Source: Mobula hypostoma
Taxonomy: Eukaryota
DNA length: 64,000 nucleotides
Assembly: GCF_963921235.1 (NCBI RefSeq)
Contig: NC_086097.1
Coordinates: forward strand, 188,358,001-188,422,000
Direction of reading: 5' to 3'
Of the stretch, positions 27,284 to 41,658 are shown one piece after another. How positions within the stretch are numbered: position 1 is the stretch's first letter; each line of letters begins with the position of its first letter. The notes beneath the pieces were generated by a model, which was not told the DNA's origin, searched no databases, and saw only the letters and a list, made by a program, of their open reading frames with translations. A program made the position numbers and the translations under genes.

Positions 27284-28327
27284 GAAATAGTCTCCACTTG
27301 CCCAAGTGCAGCTTCTTCAACTCTCAGCAAAATGGCACCATCCAGGACACTATATCTCACTTGAATGGAACCCCATTAACCACCCTAAACAGTCATTCCA
27401 TCTATTTCCAGCAGAGTAGACTGTAAGATGATTTATCTCTAAAATGCACTATGAAATTTCACCTTGGTGATCCCAATAACTCATCCCTAACCTGCAATCT
27501 GTATCACCATGATGGACGACAATAGCAGGCACCTAGATGCAGCGCCACCTGCAGGCTCTCATCAGTCATGCACCATCCTAATTCTAAATGTATTCTCTCC
27601 CTTATCATCACTGGGTATAAAGCCTGGAAATCCCTACTGAACATCAGTGGCAGTATCTTCTCCAGGACTGTAGTAACAGCCACCACCTTAAGGGCAAATA
27701 GGGGTGAATAACAAATGCTGGCCTCATCAGTATTACCAGGCCCTCCATCCCGCACCCCCCAATAAAAAAATTAAAACGATGAGACCTATCATAAACAGCA
27801 ATGAGAACCAACACTGAAGTCTAAAGGCAAAGTGGACTGAGTTGGGAGTAAATTGTGAACCAGTTCAGTAATGCAGAATCTTGCTGGTTCATCAATAATA
27901 TTAGTTTTCCTTTTAGCCATGCTGAATGCTTTATCTGCTATACTGTACCTCCGCTTGAAGAGTCCCATGATATGTCTGCCGCATTCACAGAGGCAAAAGT
28001 TGCAAATTCTCATTACCTTATCCTCACTTCTAGAAGTAGGAACACAAATGAATCTTTAATCCAATTACATAAAACAATACTGCATCTAAAAAAAATGACA
28101 GAATCCATTTACTTTTTTTATTTTGTAGTTTATTTGTATAATTTATAGACATTTTAACCATTTACACTACAAAGAAAAAAATTTCTCATCATCTAAGTAG
28201 GCAAAAATAAATCTGGTTCTGATTCGCTCCCTGGATTACCAAGATGACACATTTGGGTTGAACAGCAACATTAAAGCAGCAGCACAACTGAACTGAGTTT
28301 CTTATAGATCTGATTTTCCACATGTTT

Positions 28328-30545
28328 CATAGAACATAGAATAGTACAGCACATCACAGGCCCTTCGGCCCACAATGTTGTGCCAACCCTCAAACCTTGC
28401 CTCCCATATAATCCCCCACCTTGAATTCCTTCATATATCTGTCTAGTAGTCTCTTAAACTTCACTAGTGTATCTGCCTCCACCACTGACTCAGGCAGTGC
28501 ATTCCATGCACCAACCACTCTCTGAGTAAAAAACCTTCCTCTAATATCCCCCTTGAACTTCCCACCCCTTTCCTTAAAGCCAAGTCCTCTTGTATTGAGC
28601 AGTGGTGCCCTGGGAAAGAGGCACTGGCTATCCACTCTATCTATTCCTCTTATTATCTTGTACACCTCTATCATGTCTCTTCTCATCCTCCTTCTCTCCA
28701 AAGAGTAAAGCCCTAGCTCCCTTCATCTCTGATCATAATGCATACTCTCTAAACCAGGCAGCATCCTGGTAAATCTCCTCTGTACCCCTTCCAATGCTTC
28801 CACATCCTTCCTATAGTGAGGCAACCAGAAATGGACACAGTACTCCAAGTGTGGCCTAACCAGAGTTTTATAGAGATGCATCATTACATCGCGACTCTTA
28901 AACTCTATCCCTCGACTTATGAAAGCCAACACTCCATAAGCTTTCTTAACAACCCTATCCACCTGTGAGGCAACTTTCAGGGATCTGTGGACATGTACCC
29001 CCAGATCCCTCTGCTCCTCCACACTACCAAGTATCCTGCCACTTACTTTGTGCTCTGCCTTGGAGTTTGTCCTTCCAAAATGTACCACATCACACTTCTT
29101 CGGGTTGAACTCCATCTGCCACTTCTCAGCCCACTTCTGCATCCTATCAATGTCTCTCTGCAATCTTCGACAATCCTCTACACTATCTACAACACCACTA
29201 ACCTTTGTGTCGTCCACAAACTTGCCAACCAACCCTTCTACCCCAACATCCAAGTCATTAATAAAAATCACGAAAAGTAGAGATCCCAGAACAGATCCTT
29301 GTGGGACACCACTAATCACAATCCTCGAATCTGAATATACTCCCTCCACCACCACCCTCTGCCTTCTGCAGGCAAGCCAATTCTGAATCCAGCTGGCCAA
29401 ACTTCCCTGGATCCTAAGCCTTCTGACTTTCTGAATAAGCCTACCATGTGGAACCTTGTCAAATGCCTTACTAAAATCCATGTAGACCACATCCACTGCA
29501 CTACCCTCATCTATATGCCTGGTCACCTCTTCAAAGAACTCTACCAGGCTTGCAAGACATGATCTGCCCTTCATAAAGCCATGCTGACTGTCCCTGATCA
29601 GACTATGATTCTCTAAATGCCCATAGATCCTATCTCTAAGAATCTTTTCCAACAGCTTTCCCACCACAGACACAAGGCTCACTGGTCTATAATTACCCAG
29701 ACTATCCCTACTACCTTTTTTGAAGAAGGGGACAACATTCACCTTCCTCCAATCCTCCGGTACTATTCCCATGGACAACGAGGACATAAGGATCCTAGCC
29801 AGAGGCTCAGCAATCTCTTCCCTCACCTCATGGAGCAGCTTGGGGAATATTCCATCAGGCCCCGGGGACTTATCCGTCCTAATGTATTTTAACAACTCCA
29901 ACACCTCCTCTCCCTTGATATCAACATGCTCCAGAACATCAATCTCACACATATTGTCCTCACCGTCATCAAGTTCTCCCTCATTGGTCAATACCGAAGA
30001 GAAGTATTCATTGAGGACCTCACTCACTTCCACAGCCTCCAGGCACATCTTCCCACCTTTAACTCTAATCGGTTCTACCTTCACTCCTGTCATCCTTTTC
30101 TTCTTCACATAATTGAAGAATGCCTTGGGGTTTTCCTTTACGCTGCACGCCAAGGCCTTCTCATGCCCCCTTCTTGCTCTTCTCAGCCCCTTCTTAAGCT
30201 CCTTTCTTGCTTCCCTATATTCCTCAATAGACCCATCTGATCCTTGCTTCTTAAACCTCATGTATGCTGCCTTCTTCCACCTGACTTGATTTTCCACCTC
30301 ACTTGTCACCCATCACCCTACCATTCTTTATCTTCCTCACCGGGACAAATTTATCCCTAACATCTTGCAAGAGATCTCTAAACATCGACCACATGTCCAT
30401 AGTACATTTCTCTGCAAAAACATCATCCCAATTCACACCCACAAGTTCTAGCCTTATAGCCTCATAAGTTGCCTTCCCCAATAAAAAATTTTCCTGTCCT
30501 CTCTGATTCTATTCTTTTCCATGATAATGCTAAATGCTAGGGAGT
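28328..30545 (-). mobile_element. 5'-truncated CR1 with a largely open RT domain
   Basis: ORF 28723..30309 (528 aa) with DFSKAFD, GVPQGSVL and FVDD; (catagaa)n tail. Confidence 0.93.
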
Positions 30546-30986
30546 GTTTGATATCTAACAGGGAATATGTTGGGATGCGTATTCAAATTTTAGGCTTTGC
30601 CACCAAATGTGTGCAAATGTCTCAGTCACACTTGCACCAGTTGGTACATGTTTTATAGTTAGAAAATAGATACAAATTTTACTGAGCAGTCATAAGCATA
30701 TTGATGGTAAACTGAAAATCATGCCTTTCATCTATAATTATTCAAAAATCAGATATTAATATACATATCTTTTGATTACCACTTGACTATACCTCTTCCC
30801 TCCCTGTTTCCTGTAAAAATGCTATTTCCCTTTTCTCAGTTCCTTCATCTTTGCCGCATCTATTCCCAGGATGAGTCTTCCTTTCCAGGACATCAGCGAT
30901 GTCCTCCTCCTTCAAAAAAACAGGGCTTCCCTTCCTCCATCGTTAATGCGGCCCTCACCTGCGTCTCCTCCATTTCCCAAGCAACC

Positions 30987-31850
30987 CGTAACTGGGTTGC
31001 CAAACCAGCAGAAATGGATCACTCAGTTGGAGTCTGGATTACTAGAACTAAGAAAGTTTTATTAAAGAAACAAGCAACACAGTAATCGAAAGGATAATAA
31101 ATGCAACAGTTCAGCAATGATAAACACACGTGCACAGAATTAAGATAACAGCATCAATCAAGCTCTATCGTTGTCTAGGGGTAAATGACCAATTTCAAAG
31201 TGACAAAAAGTTCAGTCCAATTTAGTTCAGTTCGCAGTAATCGTTGTCATGGCGATTGACAACGTAGGGGTAGGGAGAGAGAGAACGAGAACGACTGATC
31301 ATTCAGAACGGCTTCCACTCACAGACCGGCGATATTGCTCACAAGCAGCTTTCGGGCGGGTCTTTTGTGATGTCACCTGAGGTCACCGACTGTGACCCCT
31401 CCTCCAGATGTGGTCGATCCTCTGCAGTGAACCAGGCACCCAAGCGAGGGTGGACACACACCAGGTTCCCGCTGATCGTACCTTTCCACCCTGTGCGTTT
31501 AAGGCTGATCCCCCGATCAGCCGTCCAAGAGCTTCCCACCAACTTGTGAGAGGTGCACCGCTTCCAGGGTCTCGTTACCTCGGTGTCGTGTGTGTCCTGC
31601 CTTAGCGAACCCGTCCCTTTTTATCCCCCTGCTGGGGTATCGCCTGTCCATCACTTCAAACAGTTCAGGGTTCAAAGGGGGAGCTGCTCCAGACAGCTCT
31701 TTCTCCCGTCCCTTCATTACACATCTCCAGATGCTGCTTCGTTGTTCCTTATCTCTCTTTCCCCTGAGGACAGGTGGCAGACCAACTGCTGATGCCACTG
31801 ATGCTAGCCCAGGCCAGCAAACATCTTAATTTATGTGTATTCTCTTCACA
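30987..31850 (-). mobile_element. Solo LTR (864 bp)
   Basis: Minus strand TGTGA...TTACG; 4-bp flanks aacc/atcc; AATAAA on minus near 31057-31062; host Penelope sequence resumes on both sides. Confidence 0.75.
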
Positions 31851-32605
31851 ATCCACACTCACCCTATCTTTCTGCTGCTTTAACAGTGATAGAGTTCCTC
31901 TTGGCCTTGCTTAACACCCCTTGAACCTTTGCATCCAACAGATCATTCTCTGCAACTCCCACCATCTCCAAAGGGATCCTACCACCAATCACTCTTTACC
32001 CCATGCCCCCCACTCCCTGCTTTCCACAGTGATCACTCCCTCCATGATTCCGTTGTCCATTCATCCCTCCCCACTAATCTCCCTCCCAGCACTTAACCCT
32101 ACCAGCAGTTAAAGTGCCACCTACCCATTCACCTCCTCCACCACCTCCATTCAGAGCCCCAAACAGTCCTTCCGGGTGAGGCAGCACTTCACCTGCAAAT
32201 CTACTGGTATCATCTATTGTGTCTGTTACTCCCGATGCACCCTCCTCTACACCGATGAGACCCGGTATAAAGTGGGGAACTGCTTCGTCGTGCACCTCCA
32301 CTCTATTTTCCTAAAGTGGAGCTTCCCAGTGCCAAACTTTTTAATTCTGATTCCTATTCCTGTTCTGGCATTTTAGTCCATGGCTTCCTCTTGTGCCAAG
32401 ATGAGGAACAACACCTTATATTCCATCTTGGTTGCCTCCAAACTGAAGGCATGAATATTGATTTCTCCTTCTGGTACTTTTTACCCTCCCCTTTTCGTCT
32501 ACTCCCCACTCTGGTCTCCTACCTCCTCTCACCTGCCTATCACTTCCCCTGGTGCCCTTCCTCCTACAGTCCAATCTCTTCCCCTATCAGATTTCTTCCT
32601 CTCCA

Positions 32606-33034
32606 TGTCACCAGGTTCGGATATGGCCCAAGTGTGGAGCCAGAGACACTGAAGCGAGTTGATAGTTCACAGACTTTAATGCAAACAAGAGTTAAAAGGG
32701 ATAATAAAACAATGAATGCCAGGCCAAACAGGGCCGTTAACTAAAACTCTCAAATGGAAAACGAAGCCTACACTGCGGCTGAAAATAACAACTAAATATT
32801 AAACGAATATACCTAATCTTCAGAGTCAGTTGACTCGACAGTCCAATTTCTCAGGCAAGACTGAATGCAAACAGGCAGTGAAGTATTGCTGTGCTGTGTT
32901 CAAGTCTTGACAAGCACTACGAAGGAAAGAATGGAGTTAAATACTATCCCAATGAATTAGTAATTAGCTGACACATGCATATTCACGAGCGCAACTGCTG
33001 TGTCTGCTGTGCTGCCGAATCTGTGGTTGTGGCA
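32606..33034 (-). mobile_element. Solo LTR (429 bp)
   Basis: tgtcac...gtggca termini; perfect 5-bp TSD ctcca at 32601-32605 and 33035-33039; strand inferred from ATTAAA on minus. Confidence 0.8.
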
Positions 33035-33332
33035 CTCCAGCCCTTCATCTTTCCCACCCACCTGGCTTCATCCATCTCCATCTAGCTAACCTCCCTCCCC
33101 TCCGCCCACGTTTTTTTTAAATATTCTGTTGCCTTCCCCTTTCCTTTCCTGTCCTGAAGAAGGGTTGTGGCCTGAAACATTTCCATGGATGCTGCCTGAC
33201 CTGCTGAGCTCCCCCAGCATTTTGAGTTTGTTGCATTGGATTTTCAGTATCTGCAGAATTTCTTGGGCTCATTGCTTAAAAGTACAAGGAAGAAAGTTGA
33301 ACAGTGAGCTGATACTAACTGAATTGTATAAG

Positions 33333-33338
33333 TTTATT
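33333..33338 (-). terminator. Candidate poly(A) signal AATAAA of the copine gene (implies a ~1.5-kb AU-rich 3' UTR)
   Basis: tttatt on plus at the distal end of a repeat-free AT-rich tract that follows the stop codon, just before the next transposon. Confidence 0.45.
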
Positions 33339-34848
33339 GAAGTAGCTTAATAAATTGTTTAACAGTGCTGTCCATTGCTTTTTTTATGCCTTAATTTCCA
33401 CAGGTCAAGAAAACTAAATGACTAAAAACTAATATTTTCTTTAAAACAATGCATATGATACATTACCATGGTGTATTAATTGGAGGCAGTAATGAGATGA
33501 CAAGAATAAATTCCAGCAATTCTGACAGGCAATAATTATTAAATAGGAGAATCTGATGAAATAATGAATGAGCAACATTTATAAATATACACAATTCTAC
33601 AAATAAAAATGGCAAATGCTGGAAATACACAGCAGTTAAGTTGGCATCTAGTTTAATAAAAAAAGATAATGGCCTTTCACCGGACAGTGTCAGGCAATGA
33701 GACACAATTTCAATACCTGGAAGCCTGCAAACAATTAGTTGTATTCCTATAGCGGTAATATTCTACAACATTGATTCAGTCCATCTGTACTTCTTACAAC
33801 AGATTTGGAAATAATATATTGAAAATGTGCAAGCTAAGGTTCCATGACTTCACTAGCATCATAAATATTACCAAATCAAAGGGACTTTCATTCTTCAAAT
33901 GTGGGCTGGAAAGACCCAAGAATTCACAGGCCATAAAAAGATCCTTGAATTTCCCACCCTTTCAAATTCCTATTTCTGCCCATTGATATTAAATTTGAGA
34001 ATTTTCTGGGAAGGATGTGCCTACACTCCCCAACCCCTGAAAAAAAATCAATCCCAACACTTCAGATGCAATTAGTTCAATGTTTGTCTGTTTGTTAAAC
34101 ATCCTGCATGTTTACAAAATGCTGTTTGTAAGTTTCCTTGAAATTCACTACTTATCTGTAATTTTCTCTAACTGATAAAACAGAACAAACCTTGAAAGAT
34201 AAAATTAGGAAAAATAAATATTGCAAAAAGTTAATCAATACAGCCAAGGCTTCTAATCATTACATAACCACTTTCTAAAAATGGTAATTAACATACATCA
34301 TGGATTGGATAATATAGTTTACAGTATAATCACTGTTTTCTTTTAAAATTCAATAGTTAAATTATTCCATAAGACTTAGTACAATATACTTATAAAGTTA
34401 TAATATGCAAATCATTTTCATTTCATAATCAAACAACTAAAACTGCTGTTTACATTGGTGCCAGATACAGGCATATAAATCTAAAATTCAAAAGATGAAT
34501 TATAACAATAGTATAAAAACTGTAGAATATATTAAAGACTAATAAAAGATTGCTTCTTTAAGCATTTCTAAATATGTTACCAAAGGCAAATGAACAATTT
34601 TACAGATAGCAATGGTAAATAATTATAATACAATGATTTGACCTCACCTACTTGTAAAAAAGATAGTTTATAAATTCATACAAAATATTTATAATGCAAC
34701 AAAATATTTTAAATAATCATAAAACTATGAAAAATTACAGATGTTACATACAATACATTGAATGTTAATACATGTGTCACTGATGGTATTTAAGGAAACT
34801 TTGTTTGGCCGAATGCATTATAAACATGTAGCTATGAATTTAGGAGGG

Positions 34849-34956
34849 TTAAGGATTCGGCTCATTTGGAGGACGAAGCTTGCGGGTGTTGAAGTAACAC
34901 ACCACTTGCTGAGGTAATTCAGCGAGGACACTCTGTGCAAGAGCTTCTTTTGTTGC
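34849..34956 (-). CDS. CPNE3: Copine-3-like terminal coding exon H
   Basis: ctacag|GCA...TAA; 108 nt, [35 protein letters not shown]. Confidence 0.92.
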   Translation of the reverse strand, partial: ATKEALAQSVLAELPQQVVCYFNTRKLRPPNEPNP

Positions 34957-35090
34957 CTGTAGAGACGTAGAAAAAATATTATTCTAGTTTAATTCATATA
35001 GACAAGCTGAAATTTAGCATAAAATATGAAGTGAATTGACTTGACTTTATTTTTTTTACATCTTTCACATACATGAGTAAAAATCTTTAC

Positions 35091-35621
35091 CATATAACCA
35101 TATAACAATTACAGCACGGAAACAGGCCATCTCAGCCCTTCTAGTCCGTGTCGAACTCTTACTCTCACCTAGTCCCACCGACCTGCACTCAGCCCATAAC
35201 CCTCCATTCCTTTCCTGTCCATATAGCTGTCCAATTTAACTTTAAATGACAATATCGAACCTGCCTCAACCACTTCTGCTGGAAGCTCATTCCACACAGC
35301 TACCACTCTCTGAGTAAAGAAGTTCCCCCTCATGTTACCCCTAAACTTTTGCCCTTTAACTTTCATGTCCTCTTGTTTGAATCTCCCCTACTCTCAATGG
35401 AAAAAGCCTATCCACGTCAACTCTATCTATCACCCTCATAATTTTAAACACCTCTATCAAGTCCCCCCTCAATCTTCTATGCTCCAAAGAATAAAGACCC
35501 AACTTGTTCAACCTTTCTCTGTAACTTAGGTGATGAAACCCAGGTAACATTCTAGTAAATCTTCTCTGTACTCTCTCTATTTTGTTGACATCTTTCCTAT
35601 AATTCGGTGACCAGAACTGTA
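35091..35621 (-). mobile_element. CR1 3' fragment nested in an older repeat
   Basis: ORFs 35169..35366 and 35356..35550 encode the CR1 ORF2 C-terminus; (catataac)n tail. Confidence 0.88.
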
Positions 35622-37824
35622 ATGTTTCCGCCTAAATGTGCAATGTGCAATTTATAGCAATTTGTAATAAATAGTAGTAGTAAATAGTATGTACAACAGG
35701 ACAGTTAAGAATAATAAGAATTAATAATTCTTATTATTTGGGGAAAAAACAATCTGAATTGGATCAAAAATTAAATACATAAAAATGAAGCATGATTTAT
35801 AATATAATTATTTGGGGGGACATATCCAAATCAATAGTCTTTAAGCATACACCAGAATTATTTACTTGATTAAAGATGTTCCACTGAAAATAAAAATACA
35901 ATTGTAATAGTTCTTGCAGAGAAACATTCACAAAAACTTGAAACATGATATCTGGAGCCGAGCCACTTACTTTTCTTCCTATCCAAATTGCTAATCTATA
36001 ACTTAACTCAGATTTGTATGTGTCCATATCCCTTAATGAGTTAGGCAATCTAAAATCTACTAATGTCAGAACCAAAAATAAAAGTCACTTTGCTATTTGT
36101 TGACAAGCCATCAACATTTCTACCACTCTTTAGGTGCATGCACATGTGCTTTTTAACTTCTCTCAGGAGAAGTTGGGCTTTAATGTTTTGAATGTGCTGA
36201 GTCTTGGCTTCTCTCTACTTAATCTTTCAGTACCTCCATAGATTTTGAACATTTACATCAAATTAACCCTTCTAAATGCTGGTGAACACCATCTTTCAAA
36301 ATAACTCAAAAATAGCCTAAGCATTATTTTTCTAAATCCACGCTGCGTTCCTTCCATGGCCGATGTAGTTACGGAGCTCATACCCGTGTAGAGCTAGAGC
36401 ACAGAAATGCAAATAGGGGTGCTATAACCAAGGTGTGGAACTGGCAAAGAGTGATTTACAACAAAAATAAGAAGCATGGCAAACTAAAGCATTCATCTAA
36501 ATAAGTTTTATATAGCCCTTTGAAAAATGCTTTAAGCAGACAAAATGGAGCTAGTTAGGCCATTACATTGTGATGATGTCATTCTCATAACAAAGAGCGG
36601 CAAAGAAAATGTCGCTTTGCTAATAAGTAACATGTTTTCATCAAAAAGAAGGATTTCAGCAGAGTGATATAAAGAGGGTAGAGAATGAAGCAGCAGTGCC
36701 AACTACCTCGGGGAAACAAGAGTAAACCGAGCATTGTGAAATAGTGCAGATTTTATAGACATGGGTATAAAAGAACAAATTAATTAAAAGCAAACAAGTG
36801 ACTTTGCAGCAGTAACATTCACCATACCACATGTCTATACCAAATTGTATCTTATTTTGTTTTAAATAATAGGAACTATGGCTACAAAACATGGCCATAT
36901 TTCAAGTTTGCTAAACTGATTTTCTCAAAAGAATGCTGCAAAAACAATGACAATAATTAAGCATCTATTATGTAGGTTCCCAACCATTTTTATGCCATGG
37001 ACCCCTACCATTAACTGAGGGGTCCATGCTCTGCAGGTTGGAAACAGCTGATTTAGAACTCACAATTCCTTGCAGAATACATGAAGGAATTTTTTAAAAT
37101 TGCATGATCATGAGCTACAGTGACTCAAATCATGTGTTTTAAATTCCAGACTTGAAAAGAAACCAATAATATCTCTCAGAAATTGTTTCCAGTCTTCCAG
37201 ACAAAGCTATAGCTCTCAGTCTATTAGCATGGATGGAAATTAGAATGTAAACTCAAATATATAACAATAGCCACCTGATATTGAATCAGACAAATAGAGA
37301 TTTAACACATTCATAAAAATTCAAACATTTAGGAATAGAATAGAAAAAATAGAAAATACTGTAAGACCGCAGCAAGTCAGACAACAATTTATAGGAGAAA
37401 CAGAGTTAATATTTCAGATCCAAGACCCTTTATCAAAACTAGAAACATACTGATCTGATCACAAAGATAGCAGCAGTATGAAGGACATTAAAACAATGAT
37501 AATTAGCTTTAATGTTAAATCTGGAGTACTGATGCATTGTTATTTATGCATATATGGGCAAAATCTTCTAAACAAAAATTAGGAAGAGGTTTCAAAAGTA
37601 GAGTTACAACAAGTAGCCAAAGAAACTTTTGTAGTTTGGAAGCAAAAGGCCATGAAGTTTGAAAATGATTGGAAGACTGGAACACCAATGAAACTTGGCA
37701 AGTTTGTAAGACCTGGGAATATAGGGTTACTGTGATGTCATTTTACTTTATGTTAATTGGAATTTTGAGGCTAGGCAGACAAATATCGAATTCAAGCCTG
37801 GAAAAGAACATGTGTTCAGTAAAC

Positions 37825-38135
37825 GGTGCAGCAGATAGCGTTGGGACCTCAGCACTCCAGGGACCCTGGTTCCATCTGGACTGTACCTGTTGTCTTTATG
37901 ATGACCACAAGTTTCTGCCGGGTGTTTGGAACTCCTCCCGTGACCAGAAGAAATGCTGGTAGTTTAATTGCCTGCTGTACGTTGTCCCTTAATGGTGTAA
38001 AAAGTTAAGAAAGGGGTGATATTTGATTGGGATAGTGACGTGTCGGTGTACAGGAGATAAGGACAAGGAAGTTGGGTCTTGGCATTGTTTCTCTGGGTGC
38101 TGGCATAGACCTGATTGGCTAAGTTGCCTCTTTCT
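37825..38135 (+). mobile_element. Old V-SINE-like remnant
   Basis: Decayed tRNA-like head (cagggaccctggttc) and central domain. Confidence 0.45.
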
Positions 38136-38372
38136 CTATCAAAGAGCTGGAGGAAAGAATCAAGGTTTAGGGACAGGCATACAGAATTTGGCTAAATAGT
38201 CATTTGAACTGTTGAATCTGATCAAGCAAATACAGCTAAGTGGTCACTCACCAGGCACTTACCATCACAGTCAGTAAATGAGCAGATCACAAATGCCATA
38301 GTTATGAAAGGAGTCAAACATAAATACTTCCCTGAAAATACCACACACTTTTGTAATCATATCACTGTTTCA

Positions 38373-38630
<258 letters not shown>

Positions 38631-39097
38631 TTAGGAGAAAAGAAAACCATCTCACCATGTGACTTAGTTTACCCATATTAATCAGCTGTTTTGAAGTGGA
38701 ATTTAACCTATGAATGAATCTCCATTATTTATACAGATGTTGTAGCATTTCAGGTTGATTTTGATTCACAAAAGACGCTAGCTTCCATTAAGAGTTAAGT
38801 GCAGCTAAAACTATAAGTAATGGAGAAACAAACTGAGAATAGATGCTGGGAAAACCTTTGAAAATATGATACTCTATTGTATCAATTTTTAAGCACACCA
38901 TCTTAGAAATTATTTCAAGGACCAAAGAGGACACACGGGATTTACTGCCAATAACAGACTTCAATGATTTAAATTGAGAGGTAATTACTTGATAGATGGG
39001 ATAACGAGGAAGAAGGGACTAAGTGGATGGTTGTTTCAGACAAGCACAAGCTTCTGAATGGTGTCTCCTCTTGCACTATAAATTCAATGACTGTTTA

Positions 39098-39292
39098 CAT
39101 AGAACAACACAGGCTCTTCGGCCCACAGTGTTGTGCTGACGTTTCTACCTACACTAAGTTCAATCCAACCTTTTCCTCTTACAAAGCTCTCCACTTTCCC
39201 TATGTGCCGTCTGTCTATCTAAGAGTTTCTTAAATGTCCCCAATGTATCTTCCTCTACCACCAGCACTCCTGACAGGACATTCCATGCATCC
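39098..39292 (-). mobile_element. CR1 3' end
   Basis: catagaac tail; AWNVLSGVLV..DTLGTFKKLLDR remnant. Confidence 0.75.
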
Positions 39293-39303
39293 TGAAGATT
39301 CAT

Positions 39304-39520
39304 GAACACATTTTGCACACCACAGTCCTGAGGAGGAGACACCCGACTGCTTGGAGGTAAAGACAGCTTAAAAAAAGCAAGCAAAGGCTGTCAGCACATT
39401 TCGCAGGCCACAGTCCCAAGGAGTCACCGGATTGCTTGGAGGGGGAAAGAATTTGAAAGAAGCAAGCAGGGTCAATCAGCACATGTTGTGTTACACAGTC
39501 CCGAGGAGACACTGGATTAT
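39304..39520 (+). repeat. Diverged ~86-bp tandem repeat, about 2.5 units
   Basis: Motif cacatt...cacagtcc..aggag..cac.gga.tgcttggagg recurs at ~39307, ~39394 and ~39479. Confidence 0.7.
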
Positions 39521-39617
39521 GTGTTAATTAGGCTCTTAGCAAAGAAATGCAACTTATAAGCAGAGCGGCCACTGTGTGAGTGGGCCAGTGTTGGAGTGTG
39601 GAATTGAGGCTTTGATT

Positions 39618-41658
39618 CATAGAAACATAGAAACATAGAAAATAGGTGCAGGAGTAGGCCATTTGGCCCTTCGAGCCTGCACCGCCATTTAGTATGATCA
39701 TGGCTGATCATCCAACTCAGAACCCTGCACCAGCCTTCCCTCCATACTCCCTGATCCCTTTAGTCACAAGGGCCATATCTAACTCCCTCTTAAATATAGC
39801 CAATGAACTGGCCTCAACTGTTTCCTGTGGCAGAGAATTCCACAGATTCACCATTCTCTGTGTGAAGAAGTTTTTCCTAATCTCAGTCCTAAAAGGCTTC
39901 CCCTTTATCCTCAAACTGTGACCCCTCGTTCTGGACTTCCCCAACATCGGGAACAATCTTCCTGCATCTAGCCTGTCCAATCCCTTTAGGATTTTATACA
40001 TTTCAATCAGATCCCCCCTCAATCTTCTAAATTCCAATGAGTATAAGCCTAGTTCATCCAGTCTTTCATCATATGAAAGTCCTGCCATCCCAGGAATCAA
40101 TCTGGTGAACCTTCTTTGTACTCCCTCTATGGCAAGGATGTCTTTCCTCAGATTAGGGGACCAAAACTGCACACAATACTCCAGGTGTGGTCTCACCAAG
40201 GCCTTGTACAACTGCAGTAGTACCTTCCTGCTCCTGTACTCGAATCCTCTTGCTATAATTGCCAGCATACCATTCGCCTTTTTCACCGCCTGCTGTACCT
40301 GCATGCCCACTTTCAATGACTGGTGTATAATGACATCCAGGTCTCGTTGCACCTCCCCTTTTCCTAATTGGCCACCATTCAGATAATAATCTGTTTTCCT
40401 GTTTTTGCCACCAAAGTGGATAACTTCACATTTATCCACATTAAATTGCATTTGCCATGAATTTGCCCACTCACCTAACCTACCCAAGTCACCCTGCATC
40501 CTCTTAGCATCCTCCTCACAGCTAACACTGCCGCCCAGCTTCGTGTCATCCGCAAACTTGGAGATGCTGCATTTAATTCCCTCATCCAAGTCATTAATAT
40601 ATATTGTAAACAACTGGGGTCCCAGCACTGAGCCTTGCAGTACCCCACTAGTCACTGCCTGCCATTCTGAAAAGGTCCCGTTTATTCCCACTCTTTGCTT
40701 CCTGTCTGCCAACCAATTCTCTATCCACATCAATACCTTACCCCCAATACCGGGTGCTTTAAGTTTGTACACTAATCTCCTGTGGAACCTTGTCAAAAGC
40801 CTTTTGAAAATCCAAATATACCACATCCACTGGTTCTCCCCTATCCACTCTACTAGTTACATCCTCAAAAAATTCTATGAGATTCATCAGACATGATTTT
40901 CCTTTCACAAATCCATGCTGACTTTGTCCGATGATTTCACCGCTTTCCAAATGTGCTGTTATCACATCTTTGATAACTGACTCCAACAGTTTCCCCACCA
41001 CTGATGTTAGGCTAACCAGTCTATAATTCCCTGGTTTCTCTCTCCCTCCTTTTTTAAAAAGTGGGGTTACATTAGCCACCCTCCAATCCTCAGGAACTAG
41101 TCCAGAATCTAAAGAGTTTTGAAAAATTATCACTAATACGTCCACTATTTTTTGGGTTACTTCCTTAGGCACTCTGGGATGCAGACCATCTGGCCCTGGG
41201 GATTTATCTGCCTTTAATCCCTTCAATTTACCTAACACCACTACCCTACTAACATGTATTTCCCTCAGTTCCTCCATCTCACTGGACCCTCCGTCCCCTA
41301 CTATTTCTGGAAGATTATTTATGTCCTCCTTAGTGAAGACAGAACCAAAGTAATTATTCAATTGGTCTGCCACATAATTGCTCCCCATAATCAATTCACC
41401 TGTTTCTGTCTGTAGGGGACCTACATTTGTCTTAACCAATCTTTTTCTTTTCACATATCTATAAAAGCTTTTACAGTCAGTTTTTATGTTCCCTGCCAGT
41501 TTTCTCTCAGAATCTTTTTTCCCCTTCTTAATTAAGCCCTTTGTCCTCCTCTGCTGAACTCTGAATTTCTCCCAGTCCTCAGGTGAGCCACTTTCTCTGG
41601 CTAATTTGTATGCTTCTTCTTTGGAATTGATACTATCCCTAATTTCCCTTGTCAGCCA
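39618..41658 (-). mobile_element. 5'-truncated young CR1, reverse complement of 55276-57310
   Basis: ORFs 39717..40826 and 40759..41454 nearly identical to ORF2 54469..57219, one frameshift near 40780; ctttgattca at 39610-39619 and 41683-41692. Confidence 0.93.

Larger units (their letters stand above)
30780..33270 (+). mobile_element. Penelope-like element 3' portion (RT C-terminus, GIY-YIG, 3' UTR) split by two solo LTRs
   Basis: PFSQFLHLCRIYSQDE; RQHFTCKSTGIIYCVCYSRCTLLYTDET (GIY-YIG-like); ctgaaga...gaaac motif at 33154-33178. Confidence 0.8.

Noticed and set aside
1..33300. Exons of a neighbouring gene such as CNGB3, expected from human synteny
   Set aside because: No matching coding sequence recognised in this interval
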